Below are positions 1 through 7,932 of a stretch of DNA of 32,000 nt, in pieces; the stretch's first letter is position 1; each line of letters starts with the position of its first letter. The position numbers and the translations under genes were made by a program. The DNA is from Acidothermus cellulolyticus 11B (GTDB taxonomy: Bacteria; Actinomycetota; Actinomycetes; Acidothermales; Acidothermaceae): assembly GCF_000015025.1 (NCBI RefSeq), contig NC_008578.1:1740001-1772000 (forward strand), read 5' to 3'. The notes below the pieces were generated by a model. The model had not been told where the DNA came from. It did no database searches and saw nothing but the letters and a program-made list of their open reading frames with translations.

Positions 1-225
1 CTGCTTCTTCGTCCCCACGAACAACACCGTGCCGCCGCGGGCGACGGTGTCTTTCACGAATTCGTACGCTCGTTCGATGTACGACAGCGACTGCTGAAGA
101 TCAATGATGTAAATGCCGTTGCGTTCGGTGAAGATGAAACGCTTCATCTTCGGGTTCCACCGGCGCGTTTGATGCCCGAAATGCACCCCGCCGGCAAGGA
201 GTTCTTTCATTGTGACGACGGCCAT
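1..225 (-). CDS. rpsB: 30S ribosomal protein S2, first 75 codons only (gene runs off the left edge)
   Basis: Reverse-complement translation from ATG 225..223 reads [75 protein letters not shown], the canonical S2 N-terminus. An AAGGGAG Shine-Dalgarno lies at 235..241, 9 nt upstream. It is absent from the ORF track because no stop lies inside the window. Confidence 0.93.
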   Translation of the reverse strand, partial: MAVVTMKELLAGGVHFGHQTRRWNPKMKRFIFTERNGIYIIDLQQSLSYIERAYEFVKDTVARGGTVLFVGTKKQ

Positions 226-629
226 CGCCGTTGCTCCCTTCTCGACGCCGTTCCGGCGTCCACCTCGGTTCCTCGGACCGTCGGTCGACGGTCACCCTGA
301 CGCCCGTGCCACCGTGTTCGCTGCGCGAACACACCGAGGCAGGCGGTGCCGAGCACCCCAGGCGTGCGATGTGATCTCCGCGCCCGAGCCTGGTACGCGG
401 GGACCCGGGCGCAGTCTACGCGACGAACAGCCGGCTCGGTCCGCAGGCCCGAGGAGTCCCGGAGGCACGGCTGGCCGACCAGGAGACGGCTGGCGGTTTG
501 CGCCCGAGTTCAGCGGGTTCCCACCCCGGGCCGGCGGTCCGCGTCGAAGTCAGGGGGCTCCCGCCCTGGGCCGGCGGTCCGCGCCGTCCACAGGCCGCTG
601 ACATTCGATCCACAGACGCGGCAACCGCG
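226..629. promoter_or_regulatory. Divergent rpsB / M23-peptidase intergenic region (about 400 nt), holding both promoters and a long GC-rich leader for the peptidase gene
   Basis: The ORFs listed here (101..334, 212..601, 346..990) are Arg/Pro/Gly-rich GC-frame artefacts. The 40-nt-period duplication at 511..583 is not a multiple of 3, so its two copies fall in different frames, which argues that the stretch is non-coding. Confidence 0.5.
511..583. repeat. Imperfect tandem duplication: 33-nt unit, 40-nt period, 2 copies
   Basis: Copy 1 (511..543) is cagcgggttcccaccccgggccggcggtccgcg. Copy 2 (551..583) is cagggggctcccgccctgggccggcggtccgcg. A hand alignment gives 29 of 33 identical positions. 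Confidence 0.85.
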
Positions 630-1556
630 ATGGCGCGGCGCGGGTCAGACGGCCAGCCTGGACGCATGCGACGAGCAATGGCGCGGTGGCGGGCGACCCG
701 ACGTGCGCTTATGGCTGTCGCCTCGGTGGTCGGATGGTTTGTTTGCGGACCCCCGGTGCTCACCGCGACCCCGGCTGGGGCCAGCGAGCCAGTGCCCGCG
801 GCTACGACACCGTCGACGTCCAGCCAGGTGCGCGCCGTACCGCCCGTGGCGCCGCTGCGGGTCCTCCGCCGGTTTGACCCACCGACCCAGCCGTGGCTGG
901 CCGGTCACCGGGGAGTTGATCTCGCGGCGAGCGCGGGCGAACCCGTTGCAGCGGCCGGATACGGACATGTCGTCTTCAGCGGACGGATAGCCGGCCGAGG
1001 CGTCGTCTCGATCAGCGTCGGATCGATCCGTTTCACCTACGAGCCGATCGAACCGGCGGTCGCCGTCGGAGAGATCGTGCGGCCTGGTATGCCGCTGGGC
1101 ACGGTGGCTCGACAGCCGGACCACTGCGGGCCGCCGGGCAGCTGCCTGCACTGGGGAGCAATCCGCGACGGACGCTACGTGGACCCGCTGCTGTTCCTCC
1201 GCCACGTGCGGCTGCTGCCCCTCGCGGCGACGCCGCCGGCCGCCTCCGACGCACTCGATCTCACCTCCGATGCGATCGGTCCGTTCTCCGACACGCTCGG
1301 TCGTGCTTCCGACCCGCTCGGCCGCCCGTTGTCCGGCCATCCGGTGCCTGCGGAGGGACCCACGCCGCTGAGCCGCGCGCGCCCGGCGACAAGCCGATCC
1401 CCCACCGAACCGGACGTCGCGCCGCGAGCGACCCGAGCAGGCGGGACACCGCTGTCACCCGACACATTCGTCCCCACCCTTTTTGCGACCGCGGGACTTG
1501 CCGTCGCAGCCGCCACGATCTCGAGACGGCGGTTTCGACCGCACCACCGCGGATGA
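630..1556 (+). CDS. M23 (LytM-type) peptidase-domain protein, secreted or membrane-anchored; start is ATG 630 or ATG 666
   Basis: The frame is that of ORF 498..1556. It has an HxxxD motif GHRGVD (codons 906..920) and a later SCLHWG (1143..1151). An N-terminal hydrophobic segment MAVASVVGWFVCGPPVL follows the ATGs at 630 and 666. The position next to rpsB matches other actinobacteria. The TTG 498 start is rejected because it would read through the non-coding-looking repeat. Confidence 0.8.
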   Translation: MARRGSDGQPGRMRRAMARWRATRRALMAVASVVGWFVCGPPVLTATPAGASEPVPAATTPSTSSQVRAVPPVAPLRVLRRFDPPTQPWLAGHRGVDLAASAGEPVAAAGYGHVVFSGRIAGRGVVSISVGSIRFTYEPIEPAVAVGEIVRPGMPLGTVARQPDHCGPPGSCLHWGAIRDGRYVDPLLFLRHVRLLPLAATPPAASDALDLTSDAIGPFSDTLGRASDPLGRPLSGHPVPAEGPTPLSRARPATSRSPTEPDVAPRATRAGGTPLSPDTFVPTLFATAGLAVAAATISRRRFRPHHRG

Positions 1557-1586
1557 CGAGCGTGAAACGTGATCAGGCCCCGCCGA

Positions 1587-1684
1587 CCGTCCGCTGCCGG
1601 CGGGCGCCGCGGATTCCCCGGCGAAGTGCCCGGCATGCGCGGCGACGCCGTCCGCTGCCGCCGGGCGCAGCGGATTCCTCGGCG
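1587..1684. repeat. Imperfect direct repeat: 37-nt unit, 61-nt period, 2 copies, in the spacer between the M23 and ATPase genes
   Basis: Copy 1 (1587..1623) is ccgtccgctgccggcgggcgccgcggattccccggcg. Copy 2 (1648..1684) is ccgtccgctgccgccgggcgcagcggattcctcggcg. About 33 of 37 positions are identical by hand alignment. Confidence 0.8.
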
Positions 1685-1839
1685 GCGCAATCGATAGCCG
1701 ACCAGACGTTTGCGATCAGCGGCGCGGAGGGGAAGCGGACGGCCCGCGGCGGTCGACAATTACGCGCCGTGATGGCCGTGGCGCAATCTCTCGATACGCT
1801 GCAGGAGACACCGTGCGCCCTAGACGTGTAGGGACGGCG

Positions 1840-4539
1840 ATGATGACTGGCCATCCGACCCCACCGTCGAGCGAGGACGCGGAGACGATCGTGCTGACTC
1901 GCGATGCAGCGCTCGCCAGGGTGTCTCGGCTGCAAGGGTTGACTGCGGCCGAGGTTGCGGCCCGGCGAGCTCGCGGGCTTGTCAACAGTAGTGCCATCCC
2001 GCCGAGCCGAACCGTTCTGGAAATCCTGCGGGCGAACGTCTTCACACGCTTCAACGCGCTGCTCGGAGGACTCTTCGCCGTCATCCTCGTCGTCGGCCCC
2101 ATTCAGGACGGTCTCTTCGGACTGGTTCTCGTCTTCAATACAGCCATCGGCGTCGTTCAGGAATTACGTGCGAAACGCACCCTTGACCGCCTCGCCGTCA
2201 TCACCGCGCCACACGCCATCGTCCGCCGAGACGGATCGACACAGACGATCCCAGCGAGCGAGGTCGTCATCGACGATGTCATTGAGCTTCGGCCCGGCGA
2301 GCAGGTGGTCGTCGACGGCGAAATTCTTGCCGCGGACGGCTTGGAAATCGACGAGTCGCTGCTGACCGGCGAGTCTGATCCGATTACCAAGAGGCCGGCG
2401 GATGCCGTGTTGTCGGGGAGCTTCGTCGTTGCCGGATCCGGGTTGATGCGAGCCACCCGTGTCGGGACGTCGTCGTACGGAGCCCAGCTCGCGGCCGAAG
2501 CCCGGCGTTTCACGTTGGTCCGCTCGGAATTGCGCGACGGCATCAACCAGATTCTGCGGGTCATCACGTGGATTCTCATTCCCGTCGCGGCGCTCCTCGC
2601 GTGGAGCCAACTCGCACACAACCACAACCTTTCCGACGCGATCCGCGGTTCCGTCGCCGGTACCGTCACGATGGTTCCCGAGGGACTCGTTCTCCTGACC
2701 AGCATCGCCTTTGCGGTAGGGGTTGTCCGGCTGGCCACGCAACGCGTCGTCGTCCGGGAACTGCCCGCCATTGAGGGCCTGGCACGGGTCGACGTTCTGT
2801 GTATTGACAAGACCGGAACGCTCACCACAGGACGCTTGACGTTTGACGAATTGCGCCCGGTCGGCACGGCCACGGCGCAGGCGGCGTGGACGGCGTTAGC
2901 CGCCCTGGTCCGCAGCGAGGAGACGCCGAACGCCACCATCAGCGCCATTCGCGCCGCCGTCGACCAGCGTCCCGAACGGGCCGAAGCATCGCAGTGGACG
3001 CCGGTCGCAAAACTCGCCTTCTCCTCGGCTCGGAAATTCTCCGGGGCCGACTTTGGCTCCAACGGCATTTGGTTACTCGGTGCACCGGAGGTCCTGCTCG
3101 CCCGGCAGCCGGCGGACGCGGCACCACCCCCACCCGCCGACGACAACGCCGATCACCGACCGGACGGCTCCAATGGTGAGCCTTTCGCCGCTGCCGCGTG
3201 GACGCAGGCCGGTGACGCGATTGACGCCATTACCCGCTCCGGACGTCGCGTCCTTCTTCTCGCCCGCGCCCAGTATCTCCCGGAAGCGGCGGCGGACGAG
3301 GGCGCCCGCCGGTATCCGGATCCCGGTCGAGTTGAGCCGACGGCACTTGTCGTCCTTCGCGATGAATTACGGCCGGATGCGGCAGAGACCTTGCACTTCC
3401 TAGCCGCTGAAGGCGTCCAGGTCAAGGTGATCTCTGGCGATCATCCGCAGACCGTGGGATCCATCGCTGCGCAACTCGGCCTCGCACAGTTAGGCAATCC
3501 CGTGGATGCGCGCCGGCTGCCCACCGGCGACAGCGAGGAACTACGGGCCGCCATGGAAGCCAACTCGGTCTTCGGACGGGTGACGCCCCATCAGAAACGG
3601 GCGATGGTTGCCGCGCTCCGTGCCCAGGGACATGTGGTCGCCATGACCGGCGACGGAGTCAACGACGTGCTCGCGCTGAAGGACGCGGACCTCGGCATTG
3701 CGATGGGATCGGGAACCACCGCAGCCCGAGGCGTCGCCCAGCTCGTGCTGCTCGATGACGCGTTCCGCGCAGTACCTGCTGTCGTCGGTGAGGGCCGGCG
3801 CGTTATCGCCAACGTGGAGCGGGTGGCGAACCTTTTCCTCACGAAAACCGTTTACGCCACGGTCCTCGCGTTGACCGTCGGAGTCGCGCAACTCCCGTTT
3901 CCGTTTCTGCCGCGACACTTGACGCTGGTAAGCGGCTTGACCATTGGCATTCCGGCGTTCTTCCTGGCACTCGCCCCCAACGCGGCGCGGGCCCGTCCGG
4001 GGTTCGTCGGACGCGTGCTGCGCTTCGCCGTCCCCGCCGGTGTGGTCGCCGCGGCGGCAACGTTCGGGGCTTACACGCTCGCCCGTTCGGATCCGACGAC
4101 GTCGTTGGCAGAGGCACGAACGGTTGCGACCCTCGTCCTCGCCGGCATCGGGCTGTGGATTTTATCGATTTTGGCGCGGCCCGCGACTCGCCCGAAGCAG
4201 TGGCTCGTCGCATCGATGATCACACTGCTCGTATTGGCTCTCATCGTTCCGTGGAGCCGCTCATTCTTCGCCCTGGAACTGCCGCGGCCGGTTCTCTGGC
4301 TGGCCGGAGTCGGTGTCGCCGGACTGGCCGGACTCGTCCTTGAGGCCGGCTGGCTCGCCGCTGATTCCATCCGGATTGTGGCGCGGCCCGAGTCATGGCA
4401 CTGGGCTCGGTCAAAGACCCGATCGTTGCCGGGCGTCAGTCGGCTGATTGAGGCCGCGCATCGTTGGCGCACGTACCGCGTGACGTGGGTCGATACCCCC
4501 AGTGGCGATCGCGACAGGCGCAAGACCGACAAGCCGTGA
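1840..4539 (+). CDS. Cation-translocating P-type ATPase (PEGL-type, P2/P3-like; substrate not assignable)
   Basis: All hallmark motifs are present: TGES (LLTGESDPITK), the phosphorylation site CIDKTGTLT, the M4 motif MVPEGLV, and the hinge TGDGVNDVLALKDADLGIAMG. There are multiple C-terminal TM helices. The ORF track starts at GTG 1813. I prefer ATG 1840 because gtagggacgg lies just upstream. The stop at 4537..4539 is secure. Confidence 0.9.
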   Translation: MMTGHPTPPSSEDAETIVLTRDAALARVSRLQGLTAAEVAARRARGLVNSSAIPPSRTVLEILRANVFTRFNALLGGLFAVILVVGPIQDGLFGLVLVFNTAIGVVQELRAKRTLDRLAVITAPHAIVRRDGSTQTIPASEVVIDDVIELRPGEQVVVDGEILAADGLEIDESLLTGESDPITKRPADAVLSGSFVVAGSGLMRATRVGTSSYGAQLAAEARRFTLVRSELRDGINQILRVITWILIPVAALLAWSQLAHNHNLSDAIRGSVAGTVTMVPEGLVLLTSIAFAVGVVRLATQRVVVRELPAIEGLARVDVLCIDKTGTLTTGRLTFDELRPVGTATAQAAWTALAALVRSEETPNATISAIRAAVDQRPERAEASQWTPVAKLAFSSARKFSGADFGSNGIWLLGAPEVLLARQPADAAPPPPADDNADHRPDGSNGEPFAAAAWTQAGDAIDAITRSGRRVLLLARAQYLPEAAADEGARRYPDPGRVEPTALVVLRDELRPDAAETLHFLAAEGVQVKVISGDHPQTVGSIAAQLGLAQLGNPVDARRLPTGDSEELRAAMEANSVFGRVTPHQKRAMVAALRAQGHVVAMTGDGVNDVLALKDADLGIAMGSGTTAARGVAQLVLLDDAFRAVPAVVGEGRRVIANVERVANLFLTKTVYATVLALTVGVAQLPFPFLPRHLTLVSGLTIGIPAFFLALAPNAARARPGFVGRVLRFAVPAGVVAAAATFGAYTLARSDPTTSLAEARTVATLVLAGIGLWILSILARPATRPKQWLVASMITLLVLALIVPWSRSFFALELPRPVLWLAGVGVAGLAGLVLEAGWLAADSIRIVARPESWHWARSKTRSLPGVSRLIEAAHRWRTYRVTWVDTPSGDRDRRKTDKP

Positions 4540-4543
4540 CCGT

Positions 4544-4570
4544 CTGCCTCTGCCGGGATGACCGAGGCAG
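4544..4570. terminator. Weak hairpin between the convergent ATPase and whiG genes
   Basis: CTGCCTC (4544..4550) pairs with GAGGCAG (4564..4570), giving a 7-bp stem and 13-nt loop that starts 5 nt after the ATPase stop. No U-tract follows, so function as a terminator is uncertain. Confidence 0.2.
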
Positions 4571-4627
4571 GTTCCCGGGTCAGCGGCAGGCGGCCCGCCG
4601 GGAGCTGAACGAGCTCAGGCTCTGGCG

Positions 4628-5527
4628 CTACCCCCCGGTCTGCTCCGCCAATTTCGCCCGCAGCTGCAGCACCGCCTTGGTGTGCATTTGACAGATCCGG
4701 CTCTCGGTGACGCCGAGAACCTGGCCGATTTCCGCAAGCGTCAGCCCTTCGTAGTAATACAACGTGATAACGATTTTCTCGCGCTCAGGAAGAGCGTTGA
4801 TCGCGCGCGACAGAAGGTACTTCGTCTCCTCGGTCTCGAATGCTTCGACGGGATCCTCAGCTTTGGTGTCTTCGAGCGTGTCGACCAGAGAGAGCCGATC
4901 GCCGCGGTCCCCGCCGACGTTGAGCAATTCATCAAGCGCAATCACATTGACGAAGGATACCTGGCTGAAAATGGCGTGCAGTTCATCGAGACTAATGCCG
5001 AGTTCTGCAGCAACCTCCGCCTCGGTAGGCGTCCGGTGCAGCTTGTGTTCGAGTGCGGCGTACGCTTTCTCGACTTCACGGGCCTTATAGCGGACCGAGC
5101 GGGGAATCCAGTCGATGGCCCGCAATTCATCGATAATCGCGCCCTTAATGCGATTGATGGCATACGTCTCGAACTTGATGGCGCGGTCGAGATCGAACTT
5201 TTCGATCGCGTCAATGAGACCGAAGATCCCATAGGAGACCAAGTCGGCCTGCTCGATATTGGGCGGCAGGCCGACACCGACCCGGCCGGCGACGTACTTG
5301 ACCAGGGGCGAGTAATGCAGGATGAGACGCTCACGCAGCTCGGGGTCGCCGGTCTCCTTGAACCGCCGCCACAGGTCACGGAGCGCCGCCTCGGCGTCCT
5401 CGCGGGAGGTCACCTCCTCCGGTGGGGTTTCGCCGAGTCCTGCCGTCACCTCATCCGGTCCTGCCTGCTCGGTGACCGCGTCAATGTTCTGTCCCACGCC
5501 GTCAGGCTCTGGGATGCGCGCGGTCAT
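4628..5527 (-). CDS. whiG: FliA/WhiG-family (sigma-28 type) RNA polymerase sigma factor
   Basis: Region 2 reads [16 protein letters not shown]...[18 protein letters not shown]...[18 protein letters not shown]. The region 4.2 HTH reads [29 protein letters not shown]. The ATG at 5527 overlaps the xerC end by 26 nt. An in-frame GTG at 5497 is an alternative start. Confidence 0.9.
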   Translation of the reverse strand: MTARIPEPDGVGQNIDAVTEQAGPDEVTAGLGETPPEEVTSREDAEAALRDLWRRFKETGDPELRERLILHYSPLVKYVAGRVGVGLPPNIEQADLVSYGIFGLIDAIEKFDLDRAIKFETYAINRIKGAIIDELRAIDWIPRSVRYKAREVEKAYAALEHKLHRTPTEAEVAAELGISLDELHAIFSQVSFVNVIALDELLNVGGDRGDRLSLVDTLEDTKAEDPVEAFETEETKYLLSRAINALPEREKIVITLYYYEGLTLAEIGQVLGVTESRICQMHTKAVLQLRAKLAEQTGG

Positions 5528-6554
5528 AGGTTGCCCTCAAACGTTCGATCGATACGTGCGTGTACAGCTGCGTTGTAGCGAGCGTAGCGTGACCAAGTAT
5601 CTCTTGAACGCTGCGCAGATCGGCGCCACCCTCAAGGAGGTGTGTCGCGGCGCTATGGCGCAGCCCGTGTGGACCCAGACGCGGGGCGTCCGGAAGATCA
5701 CGAGTCGCGGCGTACACCACGCGTCGTACCTCCCGCGGGTCGATGCGTCGGCCGCGTACACCAAGAAAGATCGCAGATCCGCTGGCGCCGGTCTGGAACG
5801 CTGGGCGGCCATGCCTCAGCCACTGCTCAACCGCGCGCAGGGCTGGTTGGCCGATCGGCACCGTCCGCTCCTTGTTGCCTTTACCGATCACGTGGATGAC
5901 GGCCCGCACCCAGGCGATGTCATCCGTCTCTAAAGCAACGAGCTCACCAACGCGAATTCCCGTCGCGTAGAGCACCTCAAGAATCGCACGATCACGCAAC
6001 CGGCGGGCCAAGGAGATCGTGTCGACATCTTGCGCGGCGTTTGCCGCCCCGGCGTCCTCGCGGGCGTCCTCGGGTACGCCTATCGCCCCGGCATCCGCTT
6101 CGGCATCCGGGCCGGCACGTTGTTCGGCCCGCTCAAGAACCGCGCGAGCCTGGGCCTGCGTGAGAACATCCGGCAGCGGACGCACCACTTTCGGCGTACC
6201 GAGCCGACGCCCCGGATCGTGGGACATCCACCCCTTCTTGCTGCAGTACGCCGTGAAGACGCGCGCGGCGGCGGCACGTCGGGCGATCGTCGTTCGTGCT
6301 CGACCAACGGTGTCAAGCTTCGCAAGATAGCTGCGCAGCACGGCGACCGTGAGGTCCGCTGGCTCACGGCACCCCAACCGCTCGGCATGATCAACAAGGT
6401 CGCGCAGATCGGTCAGGTACGCCCGAACCGTGTGCGACGAAAGGCTGCGCTCGTACTGAAGGTGGCGCGCGAACAGCTCAACGGCGGTGCCGAGACTCGG
6501 CGTCGTCGCCACATCCGTCACACCCGCTGAAGATACTCTTCGAGTGCCTGGCAC
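5502..6554 (-). CDS. xerC: Tyrosine recombinase XerC (chromosome dimer resolution)
   Basis: The C-terminal catalytic region reads [40 protein letters not shown], and [17 protein letters not shown] lies earlier. Synteny with dprA/yifB/yraN matches M. tuberculosis. The start is GTG at 6554..6552. Confidence 0.9.
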   Translation of the reverse strand: MPGTRRVSSAGVTDVATTPSLGTAVELFARHLQYERSLSSHTVRAYLTDLRDLVDHAERLGCREPADLTVAVLRSYLAKLDTVGRARTTIARRAAAARVFTAYCSKKGWMSHDPGRRLGTPKVVRPLPDVLTQAQARAVLERAEQRAGPDAEADAGAIGVPEDAREDAGAANAAQDVDTISLARRLRDRAILEVLYATGIRVGELVALETDDIAWVRAVIHVIGKGNKERTVPIGQPALRAVEQWLRHGRPAFQTGASGSAIFLGVRGRRIDPREVRRVVYAATRDLPDAPRLGPHGLRHSAATHLLEGGADLRSVQEILGHATLATTQLYTHVSIERLRATYDRAHPRA

Positions 6555-6572
6555 ACCGGGGGATTTGGCAAT

Positions 6573-6640
6573 CCGGCGGCATGGCGGCGGTCGGCCCGCC
6601 GTGAACCCGGCGGCATGGCGGCGGTCGGCACCGGGGTCGT
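6573..6640. repeat. Tandem duplication: 34-nt period, 2 copies, first 23 nt identical
   Basis: ccggcggcatggcggcggtcggc occurs at 6573..6595 and again at 6607..6629, in the dprA-xerC spacer. Confidence 0.9.
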
Positions 6641-6756
6641 CGGCCCTCGCGCGAACTCGGCGGAACGGGTCCTTGGCCCGGCTGCGAATCGACTAACCCG
6701 CCACCAGAAAGAGCGAAGCGCATTCTGCCCCGAGGGAAACCCCGTTCCCGGCGGAG

Positions 6757-7932
6757 TTAGCCCGCCACCCGCCAGCCGGCATCGGTGCGCTCCACGAGGC
6801 CGTCGGCGGCAAGCCGGCCCAGGGCAGCGAGCACGTCCGGGAGCGCCAACCCGGCTGCGAGCGCGATGCCGGCCGGACCAGCTGACCGCCGTGCCGGCAC
6901 CGCGTCGAGCACCCTGCGGGTCACCCCGTCGAGCCGGTCGCGGGCGCTGCTCGGCGGCGCACCGGGCGTCGGGGCAATGGACGGGTCGAGGCGACCGACA
7001 ATCTCGACGACGTCATCCGCGCGTGTGATGCAGCAGACATCCGGTTCCCGGAGCAGCTGATTGCTGCCAGCCGACAGCGGCGAGGTTACCGGTCCGGGGA
7101 CGGCCATCACGTGCCTTCCTAGGTCGCGCGCCCGGTTCGCCGTATTCAACGCACCGCTGCGTGCCGCGGCCTCAACGACGATCGTGCCGCTCGCTAGTGC
7201 TGCAATTACCCGATTGCGGACGAGAAACCGATGCCGCATTGGTGCGCACCCTGGCGGCCACTCGCTCAGCAAAAGGCCCGTCGACAGGATGCGGTGAAAC
7301 AGCGTCGCGTTGCCGCGTGGATAACAGACGTCAACACCGCACGCAAGCACGGCCACCGTCGCGCCGCCACCCGCCAACGCGCCCCGATGTGCGGCCGCGT
7401 CGATCCCGTAGGCGCCGCCACTTACCACGAGGAAACCCCGCTCGGCGAGCCCGATAGCGAACTCGGCGGCGACGTACTCACCGTAACCGGTGGCGGCTCG
7501 GGAACCGACGACGGCGATCGTGCGATCGGCATCGGCAAGTTTTCCCGCACCGCGCAGCCAGAGCCCGACCGGCGGCACGCTGTATTCGCCAGGCACCCGA
7601 CCGAGATCGTCGAGCTGGGCGGGCCACTCGGAGTCGCCGGGGACAACAAAGCAACCGCCAAGCCGTTCCACGGCGTGCAGATCTGCTTCAGGCCGTGCCG
7701 TCGACAGCCGCGTTCGCCAGTGCCGGGCGTTCGTCACGGGCAACCGATCACGCCGCAGATCACGGACAATCTCCGTCGCGGCATAGCGGGTCAGCAACGC
7801 AGCGAGCTCCCGATCACCTGGTTCCGTCACACGGGACAGCAATGCTCGGGCTAATCGCTCCGTTGCATCAGCCCTGGCCGGCCTGCTGATGGTCGACGCC
7901 GGTTGTTCCTTGCCCGCGTTCCCGGTTGTCAT
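6757..7932 (-). CDS. dprA: DNA-processing protein DprA (Smf)
   Basis: The Rossmann-like core reads VGSRAATGYGEYVAAEFAIGLAERGFLVVSGGAYGIDAAAHRGAL...RHRFLVRNRVIAALASGTIVVEAAARSGALNTA, followed by a C-terminal winged-helix tail. I place the start at ATG 7932..7930, which forms an ATGA overlap with the upstream stop (7929..7931). The ORF-track start at 8400 would overlap the yifB-like gene by 470 nt. Confidence 0.9.
   Translation of the reverse strand: MTTGNAGKEQPASTISRPARADATERLARALLSRVTEPGDRELAALLTRYAATEIVRDLRRDRLPVTNARHWRTRLSTARPEADLHAVERLGGCFVVPGDSEWPAQLDDLGRVPGEYSVPPVGLWLRGAGKLADADRTIAVVGSRAATGYGEYVAAEFAIGLAERGFLVVSGGAYGIDAAAHRGALAGGGATVAVLACGVDVCYPRGNATLFHRILSTGLLLSEWPPGCAPMRHRFLVRNRVIAALASGTIVVEAAARSGALNTANRARDLGRHVMAVPGPVTSPLSAGSNQLLREPDVCCITRADDVVEIVGRLDPSIAPTPGAPPSSARDRLDGVTRRVLDAVPARRSAGPAGIALAAGLALPDVLAALGRLAADGLVERTDAGWRVAG

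Noticed and set aside
5502-6554. Tyrosine recombinase as a mobile-element integrase that could explain the accessory insertions
   Set aside because: The sequence and the synteny (dprA-yifB-yraN neighbours, upstream of whiG) match housekeeping XerC. It is about 7 kb and about 21 kb away from the two insertions and is not adjacent to an att-like tRNA.
6734-6749. GGGAA-n6-TTCCC hairpin just after the dprA stop as an intrinsic terminator
   Set aside because: The stem is only 5 bp, and the U-rich stretch on the minus strand lies about 20 nt away instead of adjacent.
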